A stretch of DNA of 64,000 nt from contig NC_087437.1 of the NCBI RefSeq assembly GCF_036321535.1, positions 114,020,001-114,084,000 on the forward strand, given 5' to 3'. Position 1 is the stretch's first letter. Each line of letters opens with the position of its first letter. A model generated the notes under the pieces. That model made no database searches and was not told the DNA's origin. It saw nothing but the letters and a program-made list of their open reading frames with translations. The position numbers and the translations under genes are program-made. Shown one piece after another: positions 1 to 12,777 of the stretch. The DNA comes from Camelus dromedarius (lineage: Eukaryota).

Positions 1-352
1 ACTGTATTCTGTTGTCCACAACTAAGAGTTTTGGGGCACCCTCTACAATATTGCCCTGATTTTGGTGCCGCATGAAATGCCACCTTATGTCATGATCCTT
101 TCATGTAAATCTTTGGTTGGCCAGACACTCTGTCTCCATGGAGATGCCTGTAGCTCCTTCTGCCTTCACGTCTACAAAGACGAACACCAGAATCATCACA
201 TGCCAAGGACGCTGTCGGGCCGCAGTGGCAGGGGCAGAGATTTTGGAGAAGGAAAGAATAAACACTAGGTTGTCAACTTGGAGTACTCTCCCAGCAGTCT
301 GCTTTTTAGATCCTCTCTTGGATTCCCTTCTGAATTGTCTCCCTGGCCAAGA

Positions 353-884
353 TGTGACCCCCAAGGGAGAAGGAAAAAGACCCCAGTTCTTGTCTTACCT
401 GAAAGAGAAAATTCAGACAGAGATCAGAAGCTTTGTGTAGTAAAAGATTTAAAAGGACTTATTAGCAAAGAGAAAGTACATCTCCAAGAACGGGAGGCGG
501 GCTGATCCAAGGGCGGGTAGCGATGGGTTTTTTGTCCCCTTCTCTTACACCCTCGCTTAGAGGTGGTCTCTTGATTGATTGACTGCTCTTAGTCATGCCT
601 ATTCCCTTTTGCGCACGTCCTTACCCATGATGCACCCAGAAAAACCCACAGGGGTGGGGGTGGCAACTAATTATATTACAGTGAGCACTGGGTCATGGCC
701 GGTTAGGTCCTAGTTGCTACCGCGCAGTTGCAGCTGTCAGGTTCTAACCGGTTGCTTGCTGGCGCTCATTTAAAGGAAGTAAAGACCCTTTATGCTAAAG
801 GCGGAAATAACGCCACCTTCTGGACCATCCTCCCTCTCCTCCACCTTATCTGCCCAGTGTCCCCACTTATCTAACTACCCAACA
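353..884 (-). mobile_element. ERV1-like solo LTR, relatively young and CpG-retaining
   Basis: On the minus strand it begins TGTTGGGTAGTTAGATAAG (884) and ends ...GGGGGTCACA (353). CCAATCAATC lies at ~572-581 (minus) and a degenerate polyA signal at ~458-463. The left boundary is uncertain: an alternative end at 300 would give a 4-bp TSD AGTC (296-299 / 885-888). Confidence 0.7.
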
Positions 885-1819
885 AGTCCATGTGGCTGGG
901 GAGTGAGAAGAGCCTGCAGGTGGTTTCCATTGGGTAGGGGTTTCCAGAATGAAAAAGGGCCAAGTAGGAAGTGGGGCAGGACCCAGGTGAGAGGCCACCT
1001 AAAGGAGGTCATATGGCCAGCTTCTGTCCAGACAAGTTTTCCCGGGTCACCTCTAGTCCAGTTTAATTGACCAAGGATAGAACTTCCTTAGAGTGGTTTA
1101 GCCCCAAAGCCCTGAACAACACAGCCCGTGATGTTCGCTGAGCCTTTTCTCAGTGCCTCTCTGTCTGGGGGCCTCGCAGGTTGCAGAGAGGAGAGTCAGG
1201 GATTCTGTTCCTGGTCAGCCACAGCCATAGCTAACCTAGGTGGCCTTGCCTCTCCCACTAAAGCATAAACCACCAAAGGGCAGGAAATACGTCCTGGGCT
1301 TAAATACTAGTTGTTTAAATACTTGCTGAATAAAAGTGTGAAGACTTTACACCCTGAAAAATTCTCTTGGAGTCAATTTCCCTTTCTCACCTGCCAAGAA
1401 GACCCCCTCCCAGAGTTATGTACTTTAGAAACTAGGAAATTCGGTGCATTCCATCTTCACTCCATCCCACGGCCCGTAAGAACTATGCCACAAGATCTGT
1501 CACATCCAAAGTTTTTCACATGGCTTGTGGCATACATATGCGGAGATTCCAACATAAGAAGAAAAACCAACCCTGAGATTTTTTCCTAGTTATAAAAACA
1601 ATTATAAGAAATACCAACCATATATAAATAACTAATGGGAAAACAGCCTTTTTGAATGATCTGCATCAGAGCCAAACTAAAGTATTTGCATGAATCCAGT
1701 GTTATGTTACTATTTTTACTTAATCATGATTATTTAATTACTATGCATGCTATGAATGACCAGCATGTTATTTAATTACTATAAAGGAAAATATAATTGC
1801 AAGAAAAGCCCTTTTGTGA

Positions 1820-1945
1820 GGGGGAGGGTACAGCTCAGTGGTGGAGCACGTGCTTAGCATGCACAAGGTCCTGGGTTCAACCCCCAGTACCTCCATTAAA
1901 ATAAAAATACATGAATAAAACCTAATTACTTCCCCCTCAAATAGG
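1820..1945 (+). mobile_element. tRNA-Ala-derived SINE (camelid Vic-1 type)
   Basis: tRNA-Ala(AGC)-like head with A box CAGCTCAGTGG (1831-1841) and B box GGTTCAACCCC (1874-1884), followed by an AT-rich linker and a CCTAATTACTTCCCC tail. Imperfect TSD GAAAAGCCCTTTT / GAAAGCCTTTT. Confidence 0.85.
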
Positions 1946-2061
1946 GGGGGAAAGCCTTTTTTTGGTCATATTAGAACACTGACTGATAGCCTCCATTGAA
2001 TGTTTAACCATATGCAGAACATCTTAAAAGGAAAAGAGTTCAGAACAAAGAACAGACACTC

Positions 2062-2440
2062 CCCGCGCTTGGTGTCGCTTGCAGCGCTCCGGGCCGATGG
2101 AAAGCCTGCCCCATGTCACTGAAAACTACTTCTCTAAGCACTTGCACGGCACTAATTGATCTTTTAATTGGTTCAGTCAACACTCTAGTCTTTGCACACA
2201 ACACATTCTAATTGCTACAAGCAGCTGCCCCTGCACTCGGATCGTTGAGGAGAAGACAGGAGCATCCGATCAGCCTCCGCTCTGACCAGTTTGCTAGCCG
2301 GAGGCAGATGCGTCTACACCGGCGTGTCGAGAATCTGGCACGTTTAGTCCCCCACCGTGGCCGGGATGTACGCAGAACTGCATCGCGGTAATCCTTTGAC
2401 GACGCGCATGTGTATCAGAGCTTCATGCTGCATGCCGTAG
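2062..2440. promoter_or_regulatory. Small orphan CpG-rich segment, candidate enhancer
   Basis: About 26 CpGs counted by eye in ~380 bp, three TAATTG homeodomain motifs (~2153, 2165, 2209) and a CAGCTG E-box. No repeat family recognised. Confidence 0.45.
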
Positions 2441-2816
2441 CTACATGCCATTTTCATTTATAAATAAAGAAACCTCAAACTGGGGGGAGGGGGGAAACAG
2501 GACAAATGGGCACTGGGCCAACTGACATCGTCCAAACTACTTTGCCCCTGTCTTTTTTTCTGAGATAAAATATTCATTTGCCGTTCCTCCCTTTGCCCCC
2601 CACCATTTTTTGTACCCATAAGACTTTAGTACCTCTACTTGTTGTCAGGCCACCAGTACTCGCAGGCTGGAAACGTTTTCTTCGTTGTTCTGTGAATTTG
2701 GGGTTGGGGCACACCCCTCATCTAACCCGTGGATGAGTTTGCGTCTAAAAGTCACCCCTATCCAATGAATGTCTTTTCTAACAATAGGAAGCAATCAGTA
2801 TGATGTTAGAATAAAG

Positions 2817-3038
2817 CAAGATTTCTCAGCCGGGCACTACTGACGTTGTGGGCAGGGTGACTCTTTGCCTTGGGGACTCACCTGTGCACCGTAGTTCGGT
2901 TGGCTGCACCCTGGCCTCTACCCACTGGAAACACCAGTAGTCCAGCAGTGGTCCCCCAGCCCCCAGCCCCCAGCCAGAAAGACGTCTTCAGACTTTGCTG
3001 AACGTCCAGAGGAAAACTGCTTCCACTGAGAACCACTG
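2817..3038 (+). mobile_element. MER20 (hAT-Charlie non-autonomous DNA transposon)
   Basis: Termini CAAGATTTCTCAGCC ... TGAGAACCACTG, typical MER20 interior, perfect 8-bp TSD GAATAAAG at 2809-2816 and 3039-3046. Confidence 0.9.
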
Positions 3039-4202
3039 GAATAAAGATGCCATTTGTACACAGGTCAGAGACTTCTCTACAAAACCACACAACTGAGGCT
3101 TAGTCTTTTTTCTGTTTTGAATTGAAAAGGATCTATTTACTAATCCTACACTTTCTGGCTACCTCATCAGAAACCAAACAGAAAGCAAGAATGTTGATCT
3201 AACGTGATCATAAAGGCAACCACGACAAATGCTGATTCCTAACTCAAGTGCCTCTGAAGGGATCCTCTGAGACGATTTAACCAAGTTTTGCATATGTCAT
3301 TCACCAGCCATCACTGAAGGCTACTTATTCCACTAAGGAACTTGAGTTCTTAGTTTTATGAATGTAGCCTATGAGGACTTGCAGGAGTCAGCCTCTCACT
3401 GACAACAGGTTACGCAGGTGTAAACACCCTCCCCGACTTACAGACAGAAGTCACTGAGTAAGAAGGTTTCCTCCCTCTCTCCCTCCTTCCCTCCCTCCTT
3501 CCTTCCTTTTTCCTCCTCTTCCTCCTTCCCCTTTTGACTTCTAGATTCTTTCATTCCTCTGAATAAACATCAGTTTCCTAGCTAAATGCCAAACTTAAGA
3601 ACTCTTTTGAAACTTGAGTTTAGCAATTGATTTTTTTAGCATGGATTTTTAAAAAATTTTATATATTCAAGGCAGCAATATTAACGTGTAGTTAAACCTC
3701 TTAAATCTCATTTATAAGAATTCAATACTTAATAAAAAAGACAGATTTTTACTGTTGGCTCTTTAAATAATTAGATAAATTCACAGACACACACACACAC
3801 ACAAGAAAAAAGATTTCTGGCCCACCCCAGTACCTATATTAAAATGTTTTAAACTCATGCACTCAACAGCCCAAAGTAGAATTTAGCATTTGGAACTTTA
3901 CAAATAATATGGAGTACCTCTCTGTTAAACTGAAAACCATCTTGTTAGGGTTCCCCATGAACCAACCCCACAGTGCGCCCCCCACCAGCACCTGCTCCCT
4001 GACTGTACAACTGTACTCCTTCCAAGGCCTTCCCGAAGCATCACCTAATGCCCTTTGATTAAACTCCTTGGTTAGAGCCCAGCTCTGCTTGTGCGGCCTG
4101 ATAAACCCTCTCAGTCCCATTTTCCCAGCCGTAATTTGTGAACTCACTTCATTGCACCCACTCCCAAGGGCACCCAGAAGAATGAAGGTGACGACGCACA
4201 CC

Positions 4203-4240
4203 AGGCACTCAGTGCGGGGCTAGGCACTCAGTGCGGGGCT
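4203..4240 (+). repeat. Perfect 19-bp tandem duplication within an L2 3' remnant
   Basis: AGGCACTCAGTGCGGGGCT occurs twice (4203-4221, 4222-4240). Confidence 0.9.
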
Positions 4241-6559
4241 GGGCACGCGGCAGGCGCTCAGAAAATGTTAGCCGCTGTTGAACATCAATTTACTTTCACG
4301 TTGCATCCCACTGTTCATTGATTGTTATCAGTACAGCAGCCCCACTGTCATCTGGGACGCACAACACTCCCACCTTTGGGACACCAAGCCTCGGCCCCCA
4401 TGCTTCATCCTTGGTATTTACAGAACCTGCTTTATGTCATCAGCTTTATCGTCAGTGGCTGCAGGCTGGGATGGGAATCATCCCTGGTAGATGCACAATA
4501 AACCTCATAGCTGGTACAGAGCACAGAAAGGATGCCGAAAATACTTACATTGTTTGGGTCTCTGTGCAGAGGAACTCCGCCGCTCACGTGACACTTCCAA
4601 CAAAAGGGAATTCACCCTCTGTGTGCGCAGCACCTGCAGGAGCTTCACATCTGAGCTTCTGTAGTCCTGGCAAATACATTTTTCTCCCCATTTTACGGAG
4701 AGACCAGGGGCTGACTGAACAGAGGGGCCTGTGAGTCAGAGAGCAAGTGGGGAGTAAACCTACTTAGTCTTGCTCACTTCTTGTCTTGTGCCAGCAACTG
4801 CTCTAAATAATCCATATTTCTGTTGTTTAACCTCCCCGTGAGGGAGGTTACTGCTTTTATACATTTTACAGATGAGGAAACCGAAGCCAGAAGTTAAGCC
4901 CGTGGCCCAGGCTCTCCGCCCCTGCTCCCTGCTTGCTGCTTTTGTCCATCCCAGGACCTGTGTTTCTCCATTTGGTACCTGACATCCTCCCCTTGAATCT
5001 AGCACACAGGACACTGGCTGCGATGTCTCGCCTGAGCTTTGTACCGACAAAAACAACAAAAAGGAAACTGGAGATTTTGCTCCCCAACCCAATAGAGATC
5101 AGAATACACCGATGGGCACCATTTAGCTTTCTGTCCATCATGAGCTGTTTGTTTCCAATGCCCATGAGTTCTCCTGCTGGGAAAAGAAGGGATGAAGGGA
5201 ACAGAAAGAGAAGTGGCATGGACGTTAGGACCGGAGGAAAGGTGTAGGCATGAAGCGGCTTCCAGGAAACAGAAAGGAGGTGAGGGAAGAGCAGCCAAGG
5301 TGTGACCTGTATCCGCCTCGTCCACCAGCCGTTAGCAGGCGGGGCTGCTCAGAAGGGCAGCGCTGATGAGGGGCGGCAAGCGAAGCAACAGCAGGCACCT
5401 GGTGGGTGTGAAGGGAGCTTAAGAGATAACTACAGCTATACTGCATTGGTTATGGGACCTGAATTTAAGTCTTTATTCCCTACCCACCTCCTTAATTTTT
5501 AGGGTAAATCCAAGCTACTCTGGCTCTTTGGGCTCTGGCTGACTCTAGAAGCCAGCAGTGACCAGGAATCACTGACCACACTGGACTGGAAAAGCAGGCT
5601 CGGGGATGCTGAATGCCAGGAGGTGCCACCCTCTGGGGAACAAGGCAAAGCGGATCTACAGTCATCTCACGGAAGCTGCAGGAAAAGGCAGACTCGGAAA
5701 GATGCATTAGAACAAGGAATCGTGGAGGTGAACTAACTTTGTGCGTATAAGATGTCATTAATACCATGTTTAATGTACTATATACATTATACAGAAGTTT
5801 TATGAAAAATAACAAGTTTTAGGTCCTTCCAAGGGTTAAATCCCCTTTACCCTTGTTCCCTCTGGTTTTACAATTTCTCAGTTGTAAGTTACCTTTCAGG
5901 GGCATTTCAGGCACCTGAATCCCATGGAAGGCAGAGAGAACATCCCACAGCCACACGCTGTTTAAGCCAAGTCCTTGTGTAGTGTCTCAGACTCACAGGA
6001 TTCAAGGTGGAGGGGAGGCCCGGAGTCTACGGCAGAATTTCACACTCAGGGGAACGGAGACCAAATTACAAACTGGATGAAGACACAGCTCGGGAGCGCG
6101 ATCTTACAGGCTCTCTCAGAAAGCAGAAGAGAGCAGGGTCCTGACCTGGCCAGACCCTCTGTCCCAGGAGAAGCCCCTTTGAAGTAACAAAGCATGGCCA
6201 CAGCTGAGTGGGCTGTCCACACGAGGGAAGTGTTGGGAACACCTCCTGTGCTTACAGAAGGACTTGCCACAGCCTTAAGTCCATCCTCCCTCATCTCCAA
6301 AGTGTCCAAGGTTTTTTTTCCCCCTCTGAGTACAAATTTCCAAATTTATAATGGATAAGAAGAAAACTAAATGTATTTCATAGCAATATTTTTGTGGTAA
6401 GAGATAAAAGAAAAATAGACTTTTTTAAATGCTCTTATTCAGCAGATGAAGACCCTGAGTAAATTCCTCAGCAGAGGTCACACAGCTCATTTGGGAAGGA
6501 ACCTGGGCTAAAATATAAGTCTCATGAGTTCCAGCAAAGCATGAAGAAACATAATGTCT

Positions 6560-9175
6560 GCTCTCCTGTGTACAAAGAAGAGGAAATTGGAAAACATATG
6601 AACATCAGCTTATTTTTATGAAAAGAAACACAGGAAGGAAAAACCAGGAAACCAAAAAACTGAGTTACCTCTCTGGGGAAGCAAGTGAGAGTAAGGAGGC
6701 AGGCAGGAGAGGTGACTCTCCTGGCATATTTTGACTTTTGAAGACTTGTTAATGGGATACATATTCAAAAAATAAAACAGAATTGGTAAGAATAGGAAGG
6801 GGAAAAAAATCTAAAATCAAAAGCAAACTGAAAAAATAAAATGAAGATAATTTCAAGTAAGTACCATACCACAATGCAGAGGGAGAAAGAAGAAAGTGAG
6901 AAAGAGGAAATCAGTGGATGACCGGATGGAAGGGAGGGAGGGAGGGCGGGCGGAAGTCCACGGCACTCACCAGCGTAGTGTTTGATTATAGATCCTCAGC
7001 TTTGGTTAGGGTGGGATGGAGGCAGGAGAATTACAAACAAATGCTGACCACTTTTTGGTAGGTTAGTGTCTTGCAGTGTATTTCTGAAATTCTGTGACTA
7101 TTTTAGATGCATTAAAGCATTGAGCAAATGTGTAAGTGTTAAGATGCTGATGGGATCCAGGGATCTCACCGTGGAAGAAGAAATATGCAAATATGTAATG
7201 GGAGGAGGCAAGAAAGGATGCTGCGGGGACCGATGAGCATGAGTTCTGAAGTACGTGTGCGTGTCTTGCAGGTGTGTTTACTTGCATGTATACTGTCATC
7301 TGAAATAAAATGCACAACCTAAATTGAGAGTTATGTTTTATTTGGTGGACATTTCAGAGGACTCGAGCCCAGGATGACAGCCTCTCAGATAGCCCTAAGG
7401 GGCTGCTTCAAAGAGGTAGGGGAGGAGCCAAGATATGCTGGAGGTTTTACAACAAAGACTAAGTAGTCGGAAAATCAAAAGATTACTGTTAATTAAAGAA
7501 AACCAGACATCTCAAGTTAAAGAATTTAGTGCTTTTCAATGTATAGGAAGGCACAAAGTTTTGGGCTCATTGAAATCATTCCTTTGATATGCATCTAGCT
7601 GTCCAGGGCCAGTTTCCTGTTCTTTCACATCCTGAGTTCCCTTGGGGCGCACTGTTGGGGGTGGCTGCAGAGGCAGGCTGTCTGCTGCTCATCTGCATCC
7701 TGAGTTCCCTCCACACACTGTCAGGGGTGGCAGTAGCGGCTGATGACTTGATGGCCACAGCATCCTTTGTTTACTGATATGGCTTGCAGTATTTTCATGC
7801 ACGGTACGTATAGGTGTACATACGTGCATATATGTCCTGCCTGTGTCCACAGAAAAGGCTGAGAACCAAAGCCACCTCAGTAACAATGAGCACACTTAGA
7901 ACTCAGATCTTCTTTCTAATAACCTTCCCTGGATTCATTCCCTAAAATGAACCAAGAGTCTTCAGAGAAATAGCTAATTAGAAAGTTAGGATCAAAGTAA
8001 GAAAGTGCTGGGAGAAAAGAAAGTACTCAAAAAATGACAGCATGTCACAAGGACACAAGAGTCCCCTGAAGGGACCCCGCTGGCCTAACCAGGGACAACA
8101 TGATCTCCAAAACGTTGAGGCAGAGGAAGGAACAATTGATAAATAGGAATTCATGATACCTACCGATAGTACATAGAAAGTGGGGGGTAAGGATGGAGCT
8201 CACTGATGGTTGAATGACTAGTAGACAGACAAGGAGTATAGCAGAGGGGAAAACCAGCATTCTGCACTTATCACAGTAAAGACTGGACCAAACAAGAATC
8301 AACAATGGATGCCAAATCGAGGGAGAATTTTTGATGAGGAACAGGATAGACACATAGTCTTAAAATGTCTTCCCATTCACTGCTTATTATTTGCAAGGGA
8401 GAAAAAAAACAGTAATTAAATAGTGGAGACATCAAACGTGACTTAAGCCGGGTGACCAATATTAACATCACCAGTGAGGCTAGATGACCATCGCGTGTCC
8501 CTGGATATGGTACCCGGAGAAGGACACAACATCCCCTATGCAGTCCTTCAGCGTGGAACACCTCATCCCCTGAATCTAATCACGAGGAAACAGCAGAGGA
8601 GCCTCGGATGAGAAATGTTCAAACAAAAGAAGTAGGGCTGCAGGACGGCTGTTTTCTTCGAAACATTAATGTCCTGAAACACACAGAAAGCCTGAGGAAA
8701 TATTCCAGATTAAATAGCGAGGTTGAAGAGACAGGACAACAAATGCGATTCCAGACCCTAGAAGGATCCTGTCCTGGAGGGGAGATGCTCTAAAGGACAT
8801 GAGTGGGTCAGCTGACAAAGCTGGAACACAAATGGCAGATTAGATGAAACATTTTATCAGCATTAAAAGTTACTGATGTTGGTAACTTTTTGATGGTGAG
8901 CAAGAGACTGTTCTGAGGAAATACAGAGTAAAGAGCTTAGAATGGAGTAAAGGTTGGTGACGTACCTAACTTACCCTCAAATAGTTCAGAAAAAAAGGTG
9001 TATGTGTATATACGTGTGTGTGTGTGTGCATATGTGTGCGTGTTTGTGTGCAGAAAGAGAGAGCACAAAAAATGAAGCAAAGAGGGTTAAAACGAATGTG
9101 GTAAAGGCTACCAGTTTTATTTTTATTTTTGCAACTTGTCTAAGTTTGAAATTATTCTCAAATAAAGGTTGAAAG
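6560..9175 (+). mobile_element. Old L1 (L1MC-type) 3' region, interrupted by an LTR at 7294-7803
   Basis: L1MC 3'UTR-like motifs (GAAAAGAAACACAGGAAGGAAAAACCAGG; GAATCTAATCACGAGGAAACA; terminal TTTGAAATTATTCTCAAATAAAGG). The sequence continues collinearly on both sides of the LTR. Confidence 0.75.
7294..7803 (-). mobile_element. MER41-like ERV1 solo LTR
   Basis: Reverse-complement homologue of 26225-26702, including a 23-bp exact match (7511-7533 vs 26472-26494). Flanks ATAC / GTAC form a 4-bp TSD with 1 mismatch. AATAAA on the minus strand at ~7337-7342. Confidence 0.85.
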
Positions 9176-10667
9176 TGATCCCTGTGCCAACTGAGTGTGT
9201 CTGTAAGTGTCTAGAATGAAACTGCACAGCCAGTGTTGCTGGGAACCCTCCTTCAGAAGTACGTGGTCATCAATATATCATTTCTGATGTTTTTTTAGGA
9301 CACCTTTAGTTCTCCACTAGAACGCTGATTTCCAAACTTTGCTGATGGGCTGCACCAGAATCCACAGGGGTGCTGATAAACAATGCAAATTCCAGCCCCC
9401 GAAAGTCTGACCTAGAAGGTCTGAGATGGGCTTAGGTATCCCTTTTTGAAACAAACACTGAAAAGAAAAACATCCAAACATGCATGTATTTATAAGCCAC
9501 ATCTTCTTTAAATTGTAACCATTTTTTTGTGTTTGTGAAATAGGAACTCAGTGGAGTCAAGCCCTCACACTTACGCCCTTTGCCTGCCCCGGAGAGACAG
9601 ACAGACCATCACTTCACCCCGGGCTGTCAACACCTCACCTACGACACGTCCAGCGTGGCTGGGTGAAACCTGGATCCAGGACGTCTTATGACCAGCATAT
9701 CTCCTCCCGGCTTCCTGCTTTAACCGGCCTATGGATTGCTGTTCCACCTGGGCTCATTACCCCGGGAATCAAATCTGAGCTACAATCATAACGTCCAAGC
9801 ATCACAAGTGAATAAACTAGCTGCATCCAGGAGCTTCTAGACAGCTCAGTGATTCTAAGCAACCGATTTGCCTTTCCTGTTTGTTCTTTCTTTTTTATCA
9901 AACTATCTCCATGTGTTGAAGAGAGATGTTACCTCGGTTTCATTTTAGCAATTTGTTCATCTCATCCATCTGCCTAAAACATCTGTCGAGGATGTGGCCA
10001 AGATGGTTTCGCAAGGGGGCCGATCCCCTCTCCTTGTCGTCTTACCTCTAACTGCTCCCTGGGCTTGCTTGATAAACACTGCTGTTCTAAGATGCAAAAC
10101 CACCTTGATGTGTTTTTTACACCCCACCAAATAGCTCGCAGCCATTCTCCAAAAAAAGGATGTTACGTTCTTTATTTGAAGTCATTGTTAATTGGTTAAA
10201 TCATAGGCTTGTGTGATTTCAATGTTAGTATCTCTAAATTTAATCCTTAAAGGGACAAAGAAGTATCCAAGTAACTACTAAACCATCAACTCAAACGGCA
10301 TCGCCCTAATTGCTTTGATGGCTGAGAGCACTGGCTCACAGGTGTTCTGTACCAGGCTGCCTGGCCTCATAGTGACTGAATTTTCTGTCTTGTCTTAGCT
10401 AAAACTAATCAAAAAGATGATTAAGCTGGCCTTAGAAGAACCTAAACTAAAAGGAAATTTCTCAGTTCATGCATATCTTTGTTATCTAAATATCTGTTTA
10501 AAAAAATTTACTTCTTAACCACAGTGTCAAAGCTCCTCAGAATCAATAAAAATTCAAGATGCTCATATTTCACAATGAACATCCGACCACTCCTCTACCC
10601 AGGCTCCAGGGTGACTTGTAAAGGACAAAACTCTCAGCTTGGAAAAAGCAGCTGTGCCTACAGCCTC

Positions 10668-10855
10668 ACTGTGGTTTCTCCAGCGAGGCTCCTGGACCAA
10701 CAGCACCTTCATCCCTTGGGAACTTGTTAGAAATGCATGTTCTCAGGCCCCCACGCCAGATCTACAGTCAGGAACTCTGGGAGCAGGGCCCAGCAATCTG
10801 TGCCTTGACAAGTCCTCCAGGGAATTCTGATGTCCCCAAAGCATGAGAACTGCTG
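10668..10855. mobile_element. MER5A (hAT-Charlie MITE)
   Basis: GTGGTTTCTC...GGAACTTGTTAGAAATGCA...GGGCCCAGCAATCTGTG...TGAGAACTGCTG. Further MER5-like remnants at ~9320-9460, 18590-18715, 25820-26006, 35900-36030 and 46440-46680. Confidence 0.75.
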
Positions 10856-12339
10856 GCTAAAGCACATCACTGCCCACCTGCTGGACCCTGGAAGGTTGAT
10901 CTTTGCTCCAGAAATCCTTTGATCAATGTGATATTAAATAGAAACATAGAGTTGACATTCATTTTCTTGAGCTTCCTGAAGTCTAAACAGCACCTTTAAT
11001 CATCCAATTGAAGTTAAATGTTGCATCATTGCTCCTGTTTTTGATATAGATTATTATAGAGAATATTTGCTACAATTTTTATTTGGCTAGAAGCAGTTGT
11101 GGAATGACTCACTTCTTGTTGGCTTGCCAGCTGGGCTTTGTTGAGTCTGTGGGGTTTCCAGAGGGACACTCAGGGGCATCAGAGAAGGAGGACGGGAACT
11201 TATCTGAAGAGCTGGGAACTCATCTCTCACCTCTCCTCTAGCCAGACGCTCCGTGTGACAGTCATTGTCCTAAACTCTCAACACGCATCAACCCACTTGC
11301 TCTTACAATAACACTGTGAGTTAAGGACAATGTTTCCCCCATTTTAGAAATGAGGACACCGAGATCCTGGTGAATGCACCTTGCTCACACAGCTGGCAAA
11401 TGGAGAAGCCAGACTTGAAACCCAAATGGTTAGAGTCAGTGCCCACATTTGGATGTCCACTCACATCTGAAGAAAAGGTTCAATAGCCAAAAATATATGA
11501 AAACTACTACACTAAGTGAGGCCAGAAGTGACACCTGTAGACTATAAATTTGAGGGAAAGACCCAAAATAACAGGCTGTGTATACATGCCCTTGCACACA
11601 CACATGTGTGAACATAGAATGGAAGTAGCTAAGAGGGAAATGGAGTGCTAGAAGAAGGTCCAAAGAGAAATCTCACCACCTTACACGGTGTTCAGACTTG
11701 CCTGAGGATGTCCAGCACAATAGCGGGGCTGGAGCTGCCTGATGGTGATTTGCGTGCAGAACTTAGGGGTGTTCTGGAAAAGAGCATGTGCTGCTGGTGG
11801 AACACAAAGGCAAGCAGACAAGGCTGGCTTGACCCCAGGCCTGAGTCATCAGCAGGCATCCGTAGGTCTGAGTGTAGCACAGTGTCTGTTTTCACTAAAA
11901 ACTGTGTGACACAGTCAGCCTGCAGGCTGTCCTGCTTCTGTGACCTTCTGAGGGCACGTACCACGTAAGAACCAAGGGGGGAAGAAGCTTCTCTGCGCTT
12001 CACCGGGCCCCTTGGGCAGAGAGGGCTTCAGAGCACAGAGCAGCTTTGGCGCTACAAGGCCCAGTGCTGGTGTAAGGGTGCCAGTGTGCCAAATGGTCAT
12101 GGAACTGAGGGACCCAGGGCATAGGTGCTGGTACCCAGAAGAGCCAGCTGGGCACAGAGGGAGTGGTAAACCTGCCGGTGACAGCACAGAGCAAGCAGCA
12201 TCTGACAAGTGCATCTGAGAACACCACCATTCACTGGGAAATACCTGGGGAAGCTTTAGCAGGGGACTGGGGACGAGGGCACTAGTGAATCTCCCCTGTG
12301 ACGGGGGATGGGGATAGCAGAATATGGGGTTTTAACTAC

Positions 12340-12777
12340 CATTGTGGGTTGAATCCACATGTTGTCTCCCAAATCCATATGTTGAAGTCCTAACCCCCAG
12401 GATCTCTGAATGTGACCTTATTTGGAACTAGGGTCCACGCAGATGTAATTAGTTAAGATGAGGTCACACTAAAGAGGGCCCTGATCCAATATGATGGCTG
12501 TTCTTGTAAAGGGGGTACATTTGGACAGACATGCACACAGGGAGAACTCATGAGAGACTCAAGCGGCACGTCCACAAACCAAGGGACGCCAAAGACTGCC
12601 AGCAAACCAGCAGAAGCTGGGGAGAGGCATCCCGCCTCACAGCCGCAGAAGGACTTAATCCCTCCAAGACCTTGATCTTCGCCTTCCGAACTCCAGAACT
12701 TCGAGACAATACATTTCTGTTGGTTAGGCTGCCAGGTCTGCGGTACTTGGCCACAGCAGTGCTAGAAGATGAACACA
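12340..12777 (+). mobile_element. MLT1 (C-like) MaLR solo LTR
   Basis: TGGGTTGAAT...ATATGTTGAAGTCCTAACCCCCAG...GAATGTGACCTTATTTGGAA...ACATTTCTGTTG...GAACACA. Confidence 0.85.

Noticed and set aside
1820..1895. Apparent tRNA-Ala(AGC) genes here and at 18774-18853
   Set aside because: Both are followed by the same AT-rich/TAATTAC SINE tail, lack a T-run terminator and have diverged stems. They are SINE heads, not tRNA genes.
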